Source: Trichoplax sp. H2
Lineage: Eukaryota
DNA: 64,000 nucleotides
Assembly (NCBI GenBank): GCA_003344405.1
Contig: NOWV01000133.1
Location: 124,001-188,000 of the forward strand
Direction: 5' to 3'
Below are positions 1 through 13,400 of the stretch, one piece after another. A program made the position numbers and the translations under genes. The notes under the pieces were generated by a model, which saw only the letters and a list, made by a program, of their open reading frames with translations, ran no database searches and had not been told where the DNA came from. Position 1 is the stretch's first letter, and each line of letters starts with the position of its first letter.

Positions 1-3000
1 TGAGTCACTTTTAGAGGAGTTGGATGCCGCTAAAGAGTTATCTGTACTATTCGACATTGCCGATTCACTAGGATTGGATATTAATGCAACGGATATCTCA
101 GAATTCAAGAATAAGCTTACTCAATGCGTACGTCAGTTGCAGCCTAACGAAAAACAAGTTACATATCATGATGTAAGTACTTGCTTCAATTATTTTTTCG
201 AAAAGTTTATTAACGCTAATTGATCCTTTACTGACACAAAAAATCAATTATAGATACTATATCATCTTTATACCATTTCTATTTCATTTTTATGTGTTGT
301 CACTAACCAACTTTTTGATGAGGTTTACGTCAAGATAAATCTCTCAATTTCTAAAGTCTCTAAGATTCAGTATCCCTTAAATACTCACAAGAACTTAGAT
401 GCCTTTGCTTCTAGGTTATAAAACTAGCCAACTGATTTTATTCAATTATTTACTGAGCTTATATATCTCTCGGAAGTAGCTAACATTGATGAATCGTTTT
501 GCAACAATAATTGTCAATAATAATTATCGATACTGACATCTACTGATTGATTCTATATAATTGGACCTCAGTATGTCCATTCACAGAGTCATTTCAGTAC
601 ACCTGCTATCTACTATTAGTCAGAATTCTGTTACAAGAGCTTGTACTGTATTCGATTACTATAAAAGAATTTTATTACAGTACAATAAAAAAATTTGGTG
701 TAAAATGTTATAACTCCAGTGATTCCTACTTTAAGCTATTAATTGTAATCTCCTAATATAAATGTTAAAGTCGTAAAGTTTGCTTATTTGATTCTCCACA
801 GTAGTTTGTACCGTAACAGTATTAATGATATCAAATAATATTGAGATGTTTAAAGATCTCACATAAAATATCGCATAAAGTGATTTCACTCTGTAATGGA
901 AAGAGATTTAGCTTATTTTAATTCATTACTAGTTAACACGAAACATTGTCATCTTTAACATTTAGTTATAACATAATATTATTGTCTTTAACATTAATGG
1001 ATATTATATTTATGATAGCCAATCAATAGAAAAGTAACATTCCAACTTGCCTATCTATTACAGCCTCTGGCACAAAATACAAGTAACTAGTTTTTAATAA
1101 TACTACCATTCAAAACTAGTCTTAACTAGCTGAGCAATCTCTTCAAAAAGAGTGCTAAACTTTGTCAAAATCTATCGATTATATTATATACGATACTTTA
1201 TGAAATAAGAATTGATCTAACTTTGATAAAAGTATCGCATAAAATAATCGTCTTAGATTATATAGTTTTTATAAAATAAGGCTTCTATGGCAAAATTTAA
1301 GATTAGTGAAGTAATAATTAGTTTAGAACAATAATCCAATCTAAATTGTCCTGAGCTCAAACAAAGGGAAGTCTAATCTAGGTTCATCTGTGTCGTTGTT
1401 AAATGGATTTCCTTTAGTCAAATTACGGCAACAAAGTTGTTTACAATCAGACGTGAATCATTGAACAGGATGCTTTTCCATAAATAGATCATCACTATGT
1501 TTTGCAATATAAATGAATCTGCTTTAAAATATCGCTACTCTTCTGTTAATGTTCAATATCACAAGATTCTGAGCATCTTCACAATTACAGCACTCAAGTC
1601 ACATCAACCTTGTACCATAATTAGTTGACTGGCTAATATTAGCAATCAATAATTTCTAATATGGTATTTAGCATTCACCTAATATTAGTGGCGGGTAATG
1701 AGCTAGTCACGGTAATAACTATTCTTAGAAACATAACTATATCAAAAATAGCTATCAATGCAATTGAATATAAATTCGTACTCAATCGGGTACACCTGCA
1801 TTATCAAACCGATATACAGCGTTCATGAGTAGAATCTATGGATATTCATTCTAGGATTGCTAGCATTGCCATGAAATTGATATCCTAGTTCTCAATCAAG
1901 CATCGAACTTATCATGTAGCAATAATTACTAATTTGTCGATTGTTGCTAATTATTTGAAGGAATCTGAAGAAGTGGTTTTCAATGCTTCTACATCTAATG
2001 AAACAACGTTTTATGAATTTTCATGTTGATATGTACGCATAGATAAACTATTAGTATTTTACGAAGCTTTCTTGAAATAAAGTATTGAATTTTTTACCAA
2101 TCAAATAAATTAGAAGAAAATAGCAATCACCAACAGCTTAACATTTAGTAATGCTAATCAATTAATTCACAATAGCTATAATTTAATGCAACAAGAAAAT
2201 TTAGGGCTAGTTCTTAATATAACTAAATCGTCTAACTTATTTATATGGAATGGTAATCACTAATCTTTTATCTAGCTTATTATTATAATTATAACATTTA
2301 ATATTCATTCACGATCAAAGCTTGCTATTTGATGTCCCAATTTTAATTCTCACGTAAAGTTTTTATTACTTTTCTGTAATAACTTCTTAATAACTAAATT
2401 TATGATTAATTTATGTTTAATTTTTTTACAGCAAATTAAGAAATTAAATGTTATTAGAAATGATGATGATAAAGCAAGTAAGGCGCTATCAGCTCTGCAA
2501 GCAGATATTAACGATATGGAAAAGAAATTTGATAAGTTACTTCCTTGCGGAATAAATGGGCTTAAGATGGAATGCCCGGATAAAAATGAACAAAAGGACA
2601 ATTCAAAAATATTAGACGATTTTAAATATCCTATTCTTGTTACGGGTACTACGAACTATAGTCGCTACTATGCCATCATTTTTTGCCCTTAAAATCTAAC
2701 TTTAAATGCTTAAGTAAATATAGAATACCTAAGAAAAATGTTTAATAAGATATTTATGAGAATATAAACTGATCTTGAAATAAATTCTTAGGCGAAACTA
2801 GCGCTGGAAAATCTTCATTGCTAAACTATCTGCTTGGCTTTGATTTATTACGGAATCATACACTAAGTTGTACGAATAGAATATGCGAAATAATGTACGG
2901 AGAAGAGCCAAAAATTAGCATAATAAACGTTAATGATGATAGTCAACTCTTTACTAGAAGTTGGACACTGGATGAAAAAGATATTGCTAAAAGAGAAATT

Positions 3001-6000
3001 CAATCATTGACAGCAGAAACAGGTCTTATACAGGGCTCCAACGAAAGCAAAGAAATAAAAATCGATGGTATTGCGGCAAATATATTGGTTAGGATTTATT
3101 GGCCATCAGAATTTTTAAAGGTAACCTACAAACAATTCTTACTTTCAAGTGAAATAGGATTATGATTATTGTGGGAATATTTAGCTAATAACTTGTCCAA
3201 AGACATCGAGTGATCTAATTCTGTATTCTTTAGAGAATATTATTTCGCATGGAGACTTATAATGCGGCAGAGTATATCTTATTCTGTATAAGTTTACTAA
3301 ATAATAATAAAGTTAAACCTACTGAAACTTAAGATAAAAATCTGCTTTTAGTACAATATTTAAAACGTTCATCTAAGCTAGTTTATAATAATAGAGCAGT
3401 AAAACACGCGATACTATCTCTAAACTTCTATGATTTCTATCTAAATCAAATCATCAAAGGTTCTCCTTATACGTGCTCGATGCTTACATCGAGTTAGTAA
3501 ATAATTTTCCCCGTAAATACTTGTATGATTGCAAGCATGAAAGATTGAATTATTAATTGCTTTACGCTATAGAGTCATGGGAATTGCAGTATGCTATTAT
3601 TACCTCTTTAATTCAAAAATCCGTCATTTTGCAAAATAAATATATTTTAGAGTGGCTTACAAATTGTCGACAGTCCAGGAATTGGCGAAGAAATTGAGAA
3701 TCCGAAAGCCTTGAAAAATTATATCTTTAAAGCTGTTGCCTACATTATTGTCATTAATGCTGCTAATGCTGGAGGGATTCAGGAGGAAAGGGTAAAGTAC
3801 ATGTCGTACTATATATACGTTTTGCATTGAGGGAGGCGATTTGTTTAATGGTCTAACTAATGTCTGATCACGGCTTTCTTCAACACAATTATACTTAGCT
3901 TCAATTATTACTACAACAAATATCGGGCGTACTGAGACAGAGTGGTTATTTTAATCCCTCTATGGCTCTATTCATATGCAATAAGTGGGATTCTGTAAAT
4001 TCTACTGAAAGAAAGGAGGTAAAAGCTTACAGCTTAAAAAAACTAAGAAAGTATTGGGCTGGAATAAAGGAGTCTCAAGTAATCTTCCTCTCTACCAAAG
4101 AGTTATTAACGGCTAGAGCATGTAATGAAGATGTACTAATTCCACCAGAAGCTGTACAACTATTTGAAAGGCTTAATGTCATGGTTCCACTTAGCCGTCA
4201 ACAACAGTTATTTAAAATTTATTGGTAGGTCACAAGCAAAATTAAGATTAGTGAAAACGTGCTAAGATATACCGTATAATTGTTTATCGGTACATGTTGG
4301 AATTTACAACAGTATTGCTGTATTTAAACACTTTAATATTATGTTTTCGCCTTTACTTTTAGCTCAATGGTTGCTCCCGTTGAAGGAGTGCTGGAAACGT
4401 GTAGAAGCTATCTTATGAAAGCACAATTAAAAAAGGACAATCGAAAAAAAGCTAAATTTATGCTAAAACAGTTACAAAACATTATTAAAGAGTCTTCTAA
4501 GGAATTAGCAAAGAAAAAGAATGCATTAATTAATGATAGTGTGAAAAGATATCAGGAATTTGTTCAAGGTTTGAATAATGATTCTATAGTCAATTGGTCA
4601 AAAAATGACCTTTTAGACGAAGAATTAGAAGAAAATGATTCGAAGAAATTACAAGAAAATGTTGTTAACAAAGTTACGCAACGATTAAATTGTCATCTGA
4701 AATACATTGCTACAGAAATACAAAAAGATCTTTGGGTTGTTAGAGAATTGTTACGAAAAGAATATATTACTAGGCTTAATAATGTTACTGATCAATCACA
4801 ATTTAACTTGATTGAAACTAGTGGTGTCGAATTTAGTACTCATGTTGACAATTTCTACTTAGACGAAACATTTAAATATTCTATAATATCACAATCATAT
4901 AAATTACGCGATATATGGCCTAACACGATCACGAGTAAAGGCTCTCCACTACATTATTTTGGGAAATCGCAAAATCGATTAGAGATTCAGAAGTTTAAAG
5001 AAAACAAAACTGAAATATTGCAACAGTATACACTAATGATTCTTGAATATATTGCTTCAGATAATTTTGCGGAAAAATTAATTATTAAAAAATTTTATTC
5101 CTTAATAACTGCCTTACTAGATAATGTGGAAAATAGCGTATTAGAATCTTCACAGCGTAAAATTAAATTTATCAAGAAAATTTTGGCCGATAAATCGGAT
5201 AAAGAAATTAACAGAATTTATCTACCAATTAAAGATGAAGCTAAGAAACAATTGAGAAAATTGCATAAATTTTATTTACAACATTTAAGCGAATCAGCGA
5301 TTAAATTTGAAGATCTGCAGGAATGTCATACAGAATCTGCTCCATTATCTGTCGGTTTAAAAGTAAACTTATATCGGAAGAAGCTGTGTGAAAATGATAC
5401 AGTAAATAACGTAATTATTCAAGCTCCGGTTAATGAGTCAATGCATGATATGCAAGATTTTATTAACGACTGCTATATCATCAGGTAACTCATGAATATT
5501 TTTATAACATAATAATTTTATGAACAGTAAATCTAATTTTCCTCACGTGCATTACCATACATTTATTGACGGGTGTTCAAACTACTGCTATGTTGCATTT
5601 GATATATCTTTAAATTTCTCATTATAATTAGCACACTAGAATCCAGGAATATCGCAAAATTTCTAGGTATTTGCTATGTTTCATCCCCAGAAATAACGGC
5701 TATTGGCATTTTTGAAGATTGCCATGAAACTTTATATGAGCTAATCCTATATAATCAAACTATTATTGGTGAAAATGATGCAGCTATTACTCGATTGAAT
5801 AAGATTTATTCCTTTGTTATCCAAATTATACAAGGAATTAAGTATTTACATGAGAACGACCTAATTCATGGACATTTGACAGCCGGAAATATTTTGGTAA
5901 ATTGTATAGCAAATTATAATTACAATTTTTTAAATATAGGGTATCATAGTTATTCAATATATTTGATTTGCAAATTATTTTAAAGAAAAAGCCGTCATCA

Positions 6001-6654
6001 GTTCTATAGCAAAACATATGTTATAATTAAATTTCTCTAATGAAAACAAAATTATTAATTAATTAATTATTTACGTTAGATTTATCGACGAAAAGATCAC
6101 TATAAAATAAAGCTGTGCCATGCAATAAAGCATTGCACAATCTACCCGAATGTTCAATTCGAGAAATCAATAATCCATTATTTAGGACCAGAAGTCTTAA
6201 AAAGTAATTACATGAATGTTTATTAACGTATTAGCTTAATCATAGACCTAGAAGTATTAGAATAATAGCTGCAGTGCTCTAACTCCTTATATAAACCGAA
6301 TATATTTAATAATTCTCTAATAATCAACCTATTTCTCCTCCTCCGGGCATTTCACTAAATTTAATTAATTTTATTTTAGATCACAGCTTTCAAGAAGCTT
6401 CAGATATCTACAGCTTTGCGGTGTTATTCTGGGAGATATGGTATTGGAAATTGATAGCTAATCTGTTTAACTGGAATATTTATACTGATTATGACGAAAA
6501 AAAGAAGTACTTATTTGCAGCAAGTGCATTAATTCCTGAATTTCATGAAAATATGCTGAATATATGTGTCCAATCCCTGTCTGCTAATCCTGACGATAGA
6601 CCGACTATAAATTTCTGGGAAGAAAAGCTAGATGAAGCTGCAAAGTTACACTAA
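1..6654 (+). CDS. Gene A (family P): dynamin-like GTPase fused to C-terminal pseudokinase, DSTYK-like architecture; 5' end lies outside the window
   Basis: Exons <1-172, 2432-2645, 2792-3120, 3651-3791, 3899-4224, 4363-5484, 5632-5896, 6080-6203, 6380-6654 have GT-AG boundaries and join in frame (~988 aa visible). Motifs: G1 GETSAGKS, G3 DSPG, G4 NKWD; kinase-fold segments GIKYLHENDLIHGHLTAGNIL, YLGPE, SDIYSFAVLFWEI, PDDRP. Confidence 0.9.
320..815 (+). repeat. Diverged direct duplication: gene A intron segment, second copy at ~6815-7235
   Basis: Shared words in the same order: attcagtatcccttaa, acaagaa(c/t)ttaga(t/c)gcctttg, gctaacatt, tatgtccattcacaga(g/a)tcatttcag. Confidence 0.8.
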
Positions 6655-6814
6655 TATTATGTATCATATTGTATGGGCGATTTACAGAAGAATAAATGTA
6701 ATTCAATGGCGATACATGCGTAGTAGTAGTTTATGTAATAAGGCTTAATTTTTAGAATTCTCTTTCGAGCTTTTCTTATTTTAATAAATATTTGTCACAA
6801 ACCAGTTTCGTGAC

Positions 6815-7235
6815 AAGGATAACGTAAAACAAATCTCTAAATTACGATAGTCTTCCGGAATTCAGTATCCCTTAACTACCTAACAAGAATTTAGACGCCT
6901 TTGATTCTACGTTAAAACAATTATACAATTGAGAACTGCTTTATTCAACTATCTGACGGGTTTATATACCCTTCTACAGCAGCTAACATTCACAAGTCAT
7001 CTTATAAAAATACTTGGGTGAGAACATCTACTAACTAGTTTTTCACAGTCGGACTACAATATGTCCATTCACAGAATCATTTCAGCACACATTACAGCAC
7101 AGCAATAAATTTACTGTAACACATTTATAATTAGAGTAATTCCTATTGTAAGTAACTAGTTGTAATATAATATCACTATATTATATTAACCAAATTTAGA
7201 TATCTATTTCTTCACGGTAGTTCGCACCGTGACAT
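6815..7235 (+). repeat. Second copy of the 320-815 segment, just downstream of the gene A stop
   Basis: Colinear word matches to 320-815. Confidence 0.8.
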
Positions 7236-7689
7236 GTAGCTGTAAAAATAACTTGATTAGGTTTAATTTAGTATCGTAACATATTGTAAACCTGACTTCT
7301 ATATTCAGGTTAGAACTTCAGAATATTCTATAGCATAATTTTGATAAGAAAATCACGATGTTAGATTGTAATTTATATGACATATTTAGTTAGTACAATA
7401 CTCATGCTTTAATTATGATAAAAAACTTGTAGCCAACTTTGATTACAGAGTACAGTAGAAGTAATGTTATTTAGTTATTGAATACAGTGTAAACCCAAAT
7501 ATATTGATCTGGATTCTAATTTAATATTATTAGTTTGTCTTAGTATTTTTAGGTTTATGTTATATACCGTAGATAAGTAGAATTTGTAGATTTAGTTATG
7601 CTGGGAATCTACAGTACAATTTATCTGGTCATATAAGTTCAATTGCTAGTTATATTTGGAATACTTTAGAATAATAATTTGATAGTTTG

Positions 7690-8085
7690 ATACCGTCAAC
7701 TGCTGTAAATGCAAGAAATTCGTAAGATTTGCATGGACGTTTGTAAAATATAAGACTGAAACGTAGACCTGATAATAATTTCGATAATTAATTGTAGAAA
7801 TAATCTCGAGGTCTAGAATCGTCTAAAGAAAATATCGTAACAATGCTTGAAAATGCACTTAAATACTCTCTAACATAGATAATCCAAATTATACAATGTT
7901 CAGCATGAGCAATTTACATTTTAATAAATTTAACTAAATTTCTTCTACTTAGCCGTAGTGTTGCCCCAAAGTAGCTTACGGTTAGAACTACAATATTGCG
8001 CTTTTTACATTAGAATAACAATTCTTGACCTTCTATCTTCTTAGTTAGCTAGTAGCTACACGTTAAACTTGCACACTTTATCTTT
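7690..8085 (+). repeat. Diverged repeat; direct copy at ~10835-11240 and partial inverted copy at ~41315-41400
   Basis: gaaattc(g/a)taagattt, caatgtt(c/t)agcatga, cttctatctt and ttgcac(a/g)cttta are shared; ggtaaagtgtgcaagct near 41320 matches the reverse complement of aacttgcacactttatc. Confidence 0.75.
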
Positions 8086-8224
8086 TCTTTCTTATAATGG
8101 CTACCACCTTGTAATGAAACTTAGTATTATGAATGTAGACTTTTAGCTATGTTTAGTAAGATGTACGGAAGCGCAACTTTCTATATTTATCTTAAAACGT
8201 ATTTGGTAGCTCGCTACTATGGCT

Positions 8225-8500
8225 GCTAAGAATAATATATACGGAAATACTGTAATTGTTTCCATATCGAATTCATGATGGTCCGCAGTAAAATGTTGTT
8301 GCTAACAATAGTTTGACTATGTGTAAATTATTGTAGATTGCTGCTATGCTAATTGTATCTGCGAAGGCTACGCAGAGCATAAAAGCAGGAGACATTAGAT
8401 TGTCTAATTATTCTTTCTAGAAGTCTTTCAGTAGTTCTATTCGGCTAGAATAGAGCTGTATGTAGCTAGTCTTTGTATTAGATCTAATAAAGTTCTAATT
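8225..8500 (+). repeat. Diverged repeat with an inverted copy at ~43370-43640
   Basis: tgatggtccgcagtaaaatgtt vs aacattttacagcggaccatca; tttgtattagatctaataaagttct vs agaactttattagatctaatacaaa. Confidence 0.8.
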
Positions 8501-10545
8501 TTCTACTACTTGGAATATTCATGATCGGATTTTATCTCACGCCTAGGTCGTGTTATCTACCCTCGCTGTAGTCTTACAAATGGTATACTTTCAAATACTG
8601 ACTGCAATAAAAGCTACTACCGATATTTTTCATATTAATGCTTCGTAATGTCATACTGTTATAACAAATTTGCAATCTTTCGAAATATTATACCTGCCAT
8701 TTTACTGTATTTATATAATAATTCGGTAGATAAAGTGATCCAGGAAATAAACGAAGCTTTACAGGATATTAAAGTTTTTTGCATAATAATTCTAAGACAT
8801 TTTAAAATTATCAGCATAAAAATTCTTATGCTAACATTGAAATTAGTTATTAAACGAAATGTGCTGACCATCTACTGCAAGCTAATCATAACTTATTAAT
8901 GTACTTCATCAAGCCTAATGTACTCTATCTTAGAAACCTTCTGATTTAGCTTTACTAAAAATGCTAGCAATAAATTGTTTTTAATAAATCATGAAAGCTT
9001 TAATCAATTTCCAGATTCTCGAAACGAAATTTTAATCTCAATTCATACTCACAATTAATAAGGTATTTCAAATAGCCTTAGTTTCCATTTTTAAAAATAG
9101 TCTTTTAAATCGTAGTGATATGCTATCGCCATGTTAAAATAGCAATTTATATTCGAACTGTATATTATAAATGTAGAACGAATCTGCCCAATGCAGGCAA
9201 TCGTATACGATATGTAAAAGCTAAAACAACCTATAAACTTCGATCGAAGGTAGCTCTTGGGATTCATTACGAAATACGCAGTAAATGATACTGTGCAAGT
9301 ATGAACTATTAGAATACTCGACATCAGGATAATCGCTTTATGCAGCGATTTAATTTGTAAAACACTTTAACTTATCGTAATCCATTTCCGCTGAGCAAAA
9401 TATATACAGAAAACTGAATACATTAGTAAGCTTACTCGATGGAGCGATTATTGGCTCCGCTAGTTAACAATATTCATTATTTAAATATAAATTACGTCTT
9501 TCAACAGTATAGAGAACATAACCTATGAAAAGCACTAAAACAGAACAGTAATCCTAAATCAAAACCCAGATCAAAATCAAAGGTCCGATCAAAATGTATA
9601 GTTTCATATTCATTTTTGTTTTTGCAAAGTAACAGAACATCTACTGTATTTTTTAATTACAGTTAACAGCAAATTTTATCGCAATTAAAGCACCAATATT
9701 ATAATAACTGAATGCATCGGTTAAAATTGTAATCTTACAATTTAGGATACCATTTAATAAAATATCTTACCTGATATTATTAAATTCTAACATGAATAAG
9801 GTAGCCAGATTCACTATGTGCACATATACAAAGTAAATTATAGTGTAATTAGAATATACTGTAACTATATTTTACTCTTAAATATAGACATGTTGTATTT
9901 ATCTTATATTTAGACATATCTACAGTCCGCTTACTTCACATTCATATATAGGCTACTTTACAGTATTTAGTTATTACAGTCCTCGCTGTTTGCTACAATC
10001 GTCAGCTATGTTGTAACCTGTTATGGTATATGTTGTATCTAATTCTACAATCCTATTCTCTGCTTGTGCTCTATCTTTAAAACTATAAATACCGCCGTTT
10101 TCCACCTCAGAAATCGTTAGTTTCCTGGTTAGTCTTCACACGTTACTCACGACAGCTTGCACGCTGGTCTACCGTAACTACCTCACTGTACTTACTTTAC
10201 TACTTAAAATAAAGTATATTTTTTATACAACTTTTGGTGTACTAATTGTAAATGGCAACTAAATCTCAATCCTCCAAGATATCGAACCCTCCATCACATT
10301 TCATTAGTTGAATATTATAGTAATTAAAAACTTATCAGGACGGCAAATGAGTTTGAGGCTACTAATAATACAATATTAGTAGATTTATTAACTATTGTAC
10401 TCGAAAAATTTCGCTACGTTTAAAAGGTTGATATGAGGCTAGCAGTTGTCTTAATTATCCTATCCCAATTTTTGAAATGAACATAACATTTGGCAGTATA
10501 TCTTTGTCTTACACTTTTAACTCAGTACTTCTTATTCTATATTAG

Positions 10546-10811
10546 ATCGTAACTATGTGAAAGCTTCAGATATTTACAGCTTCGCAATGTTATTTTGGGA
10601 AATTTGGCATTGGAAATCGATAACAGATTTGTTTGACAGGAATATTAATACTGATCAGGGTCCAAAAACAGACGATTTATTTACAACAAATACACTTACC
10701 CCGAAGATTCCTGAAAACTTATATACTACTTGCTTTAATTCCATAGCGACCAATCCTAAAGAAAGACCGGATATTCCATTTTGGCATGATATACTTTCAA
10801 GTGCTAAATAG
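10546..10811 (+). pseudogene. Isolated copy of the family P terminal (kinase C-lobe) exon; paralog remnant or alternative last exon of gene A
   Basis: Intact acceptor (tattag|at) in the same phase as gene A exon 6380; open frame KASDIYSFAMLFWEIWHWK...NPKERPDIPFWHDILSSAK*. No other family P exons seen between 6654 and 10546. Confidence 0.75.
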
Positions 10812-11359
10812 TTCCATAATTTATTGCAAAATATCAACAGTTTCACACGGCAAATACGAGAAATTCATAAGATTTTCATAGATGATTTACGAAATATACG
10901 TTGTCTTAATTGCAATTCTAGTATTTAGCGGAAGCCACAAATGCTAGGTCTAGAATTGCCAGAATCAATTTCGTAAGGAGTTTGCGCTTACACTTACTTT
11001 TATACGTATATTTTACTTTAGCGTAGATAGTCTAAATTGCGCAATGTTTAGCATGAATAAGTTACACATTTTATTCCAGCAAATTTACAACTAAATTTTT
11101 TCATGTAGCCAAAGAGTAGTCCTAAAATAATTTAAGTTTAAATCTGCAACGCTTTGCTCTCTACATTCTATAGGTAATTCCTAATCTTCTATCTTGTTAA
11201 TTAACTGTAGTTTTTACATGGTAAGTTTGCACGCTTTAATTATTCGACTTTACTATAGCTATCTGATTTAGTCTCGTCATTTATCTACGGTGTTATCTAA
11301 GACGATATCCCCTTAAAACTTTAATTGCAATAAAAAATATTACTCCTATTAATCCTTCG

Positions 11360-11423
11360 TAATTTCTTGCTATTATATCGGATTTACAATCATAATTTCT
11401 TGCTATTACGTCGGATTTACAAT
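11360..11423. repeat. 33-bp tandem duplication, 2 copies
   Basis: taatttcttgctatta(ta/cg)tcggatttacaat repeated at 11360 and 11393. Confidence 0.85.
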
Positions 11424-13400
11424 AGGACTATCTCTGGACTATATCTTACAGCAAAAGCTCACAGTTTATATATCCTTTGTTACAGAATGAATCGTGCACA
11501 TTACAATCATATCTTGGCAATTAAGTCGCAAGATAACAGTTTATCATCTCGCGAGCTATTCATTATTCACGCATCTAATTAAAGCGCGGTAATGCAACTC
11601 TCACAGTAATAACATAATTAGCGCTATCTATTATTATCATGAAATCTTAATATCAAGATCTCAAAAGTATCAAGACAGTACGTATTGTAAACCTCGTCTA
11701 CAAATAGATATCTTCAAAATCATATAATCTAACATACGAGAACTACTACTCTCGTACAGTCTTATAAACACAATTCAAGCTATATTTGGGGCTGCATTAC
11801 GACATCGCTTAGTGTCTAATGTGCCATCAAGTCTTAGAATCTATTGCTATCGAAAAATTGCAGCATAAATGTTGCGATTTGATCAGCGTAATAATCAATA
11901 GCTATTTTAATATCTTTGTGATAATCTTGGTTTCCTGCAACGATTTCAGCTGCTAATATCCTATTTATCAGACTGTTTAAGTAGGAGATAAGACCATTAC
12001 GAACTAAGTAGGAGCAATTCGTTATAGGTTGGTACAGATGGGTCTAAACCTTCACTTTGCTGTTAAACCAAGTAAACATAATAAATACAAGACAATCACT
12101 ATTAATACCTAACCTATATCCATTTTAAATGTAACTATGGTATAAAATGATTGCGAATACATTACTTGTCACCAATATGTGTGTATAATTCTGTAATAAA
12201 GATACACTAGAGGTATTTCCGGGTCTCATTTTATCTCTAGCTACTAATTTACGCGTAATTCATATTCTAAACCGTACGCGATTATAAAAATAAGATTACA
12301 ACAAAAGCTTGAATCATTCCACAATAAGAATTATGCGGAGCGATGTTTCAAGAATGCAACTTAATGCATAATTTAATAACTGGATTAAAACTAAAGCCAG
12401 AAGACAAAGTCTTGAGTTTGGTGAAGAGGCGTAGAGAATCAAAATTTATAGATTTCGATTTTTTAAAACGCCTCTTTAAGAAAATCTAGATTTTTACATA
12501 GATACTCCTGATCTTCTAAACTATAATAATCACTATAGCATAAACGGATGGGTATCACTGCACTTATTAACCGAACATACATTGGTACACATAAGAGGTT
12601 TCTATTTTTATTATAAAAAGAAGAAATAGCAACAGATATCATTACATTGCCAAAAAATCGCAGTCTTCATTATGTTTAATGTGTACATTGTAGTTCAGCA
12701 AAGCAGCTAATTAGTTTAATTTAATAATGCCACTTGAAATACTACGACAGCACCAGCGAGAGTTATCATAACATACAAGAAATTGATCAAATATTATTCT
12801 ATAATATACCGTAAATGTGATGTTTTAAGGCCCTTATTAAGAAACTGCAGTAACTATAAAATGAATCTAAAACGATGCAAATATTTTTTATTTACAGTAC
12901 GCGTATCTCTCTACTTATAGTTATTTAGACCTAACTCATGTGATAATATTGCATATAGTTTACTCATACTAGAATTAAACGATAAGAACATAGCAGTTTT
13001 ACAATGATATTAAAACGAAAATTGATTCTTCCTTCTATGACTGCAATATAAGTAGCTGGTGATTGAAAAATAAAGACTTAAATCATAATCGAAATTATAA
13101 TTTGAGTATGCTAACTCAGCATGCTACGTAAATTTGAAAGACTTCAATCGTATCCACAAGGGTAACTATGACAAAATATTGATGGACCGGTATCCTGTAT
13201 GGTATTCTACGAGTGTAATACTTACCAGAGCATTAAAAAGATTAAAAGATGCCGAACATCCTAGAGACTTCTGCTAATTACTGTAATTGCATACTTCTAA
13301 AGTATGGTAGTAGTGTGGATTAAAAAACTGTGTTACACGAAATAGTTGATTGTGCCTAATAGAGTAATTATGGATTGTGGCTGGTTTGATGAAATAGTAT

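Noticed and set aside
1-6654. Assigning gene symbols DSTYK or MFN
   Set aside because: Architecture is only reminiscent; the kinase is dead and orthology cannot be established without phylogeny.
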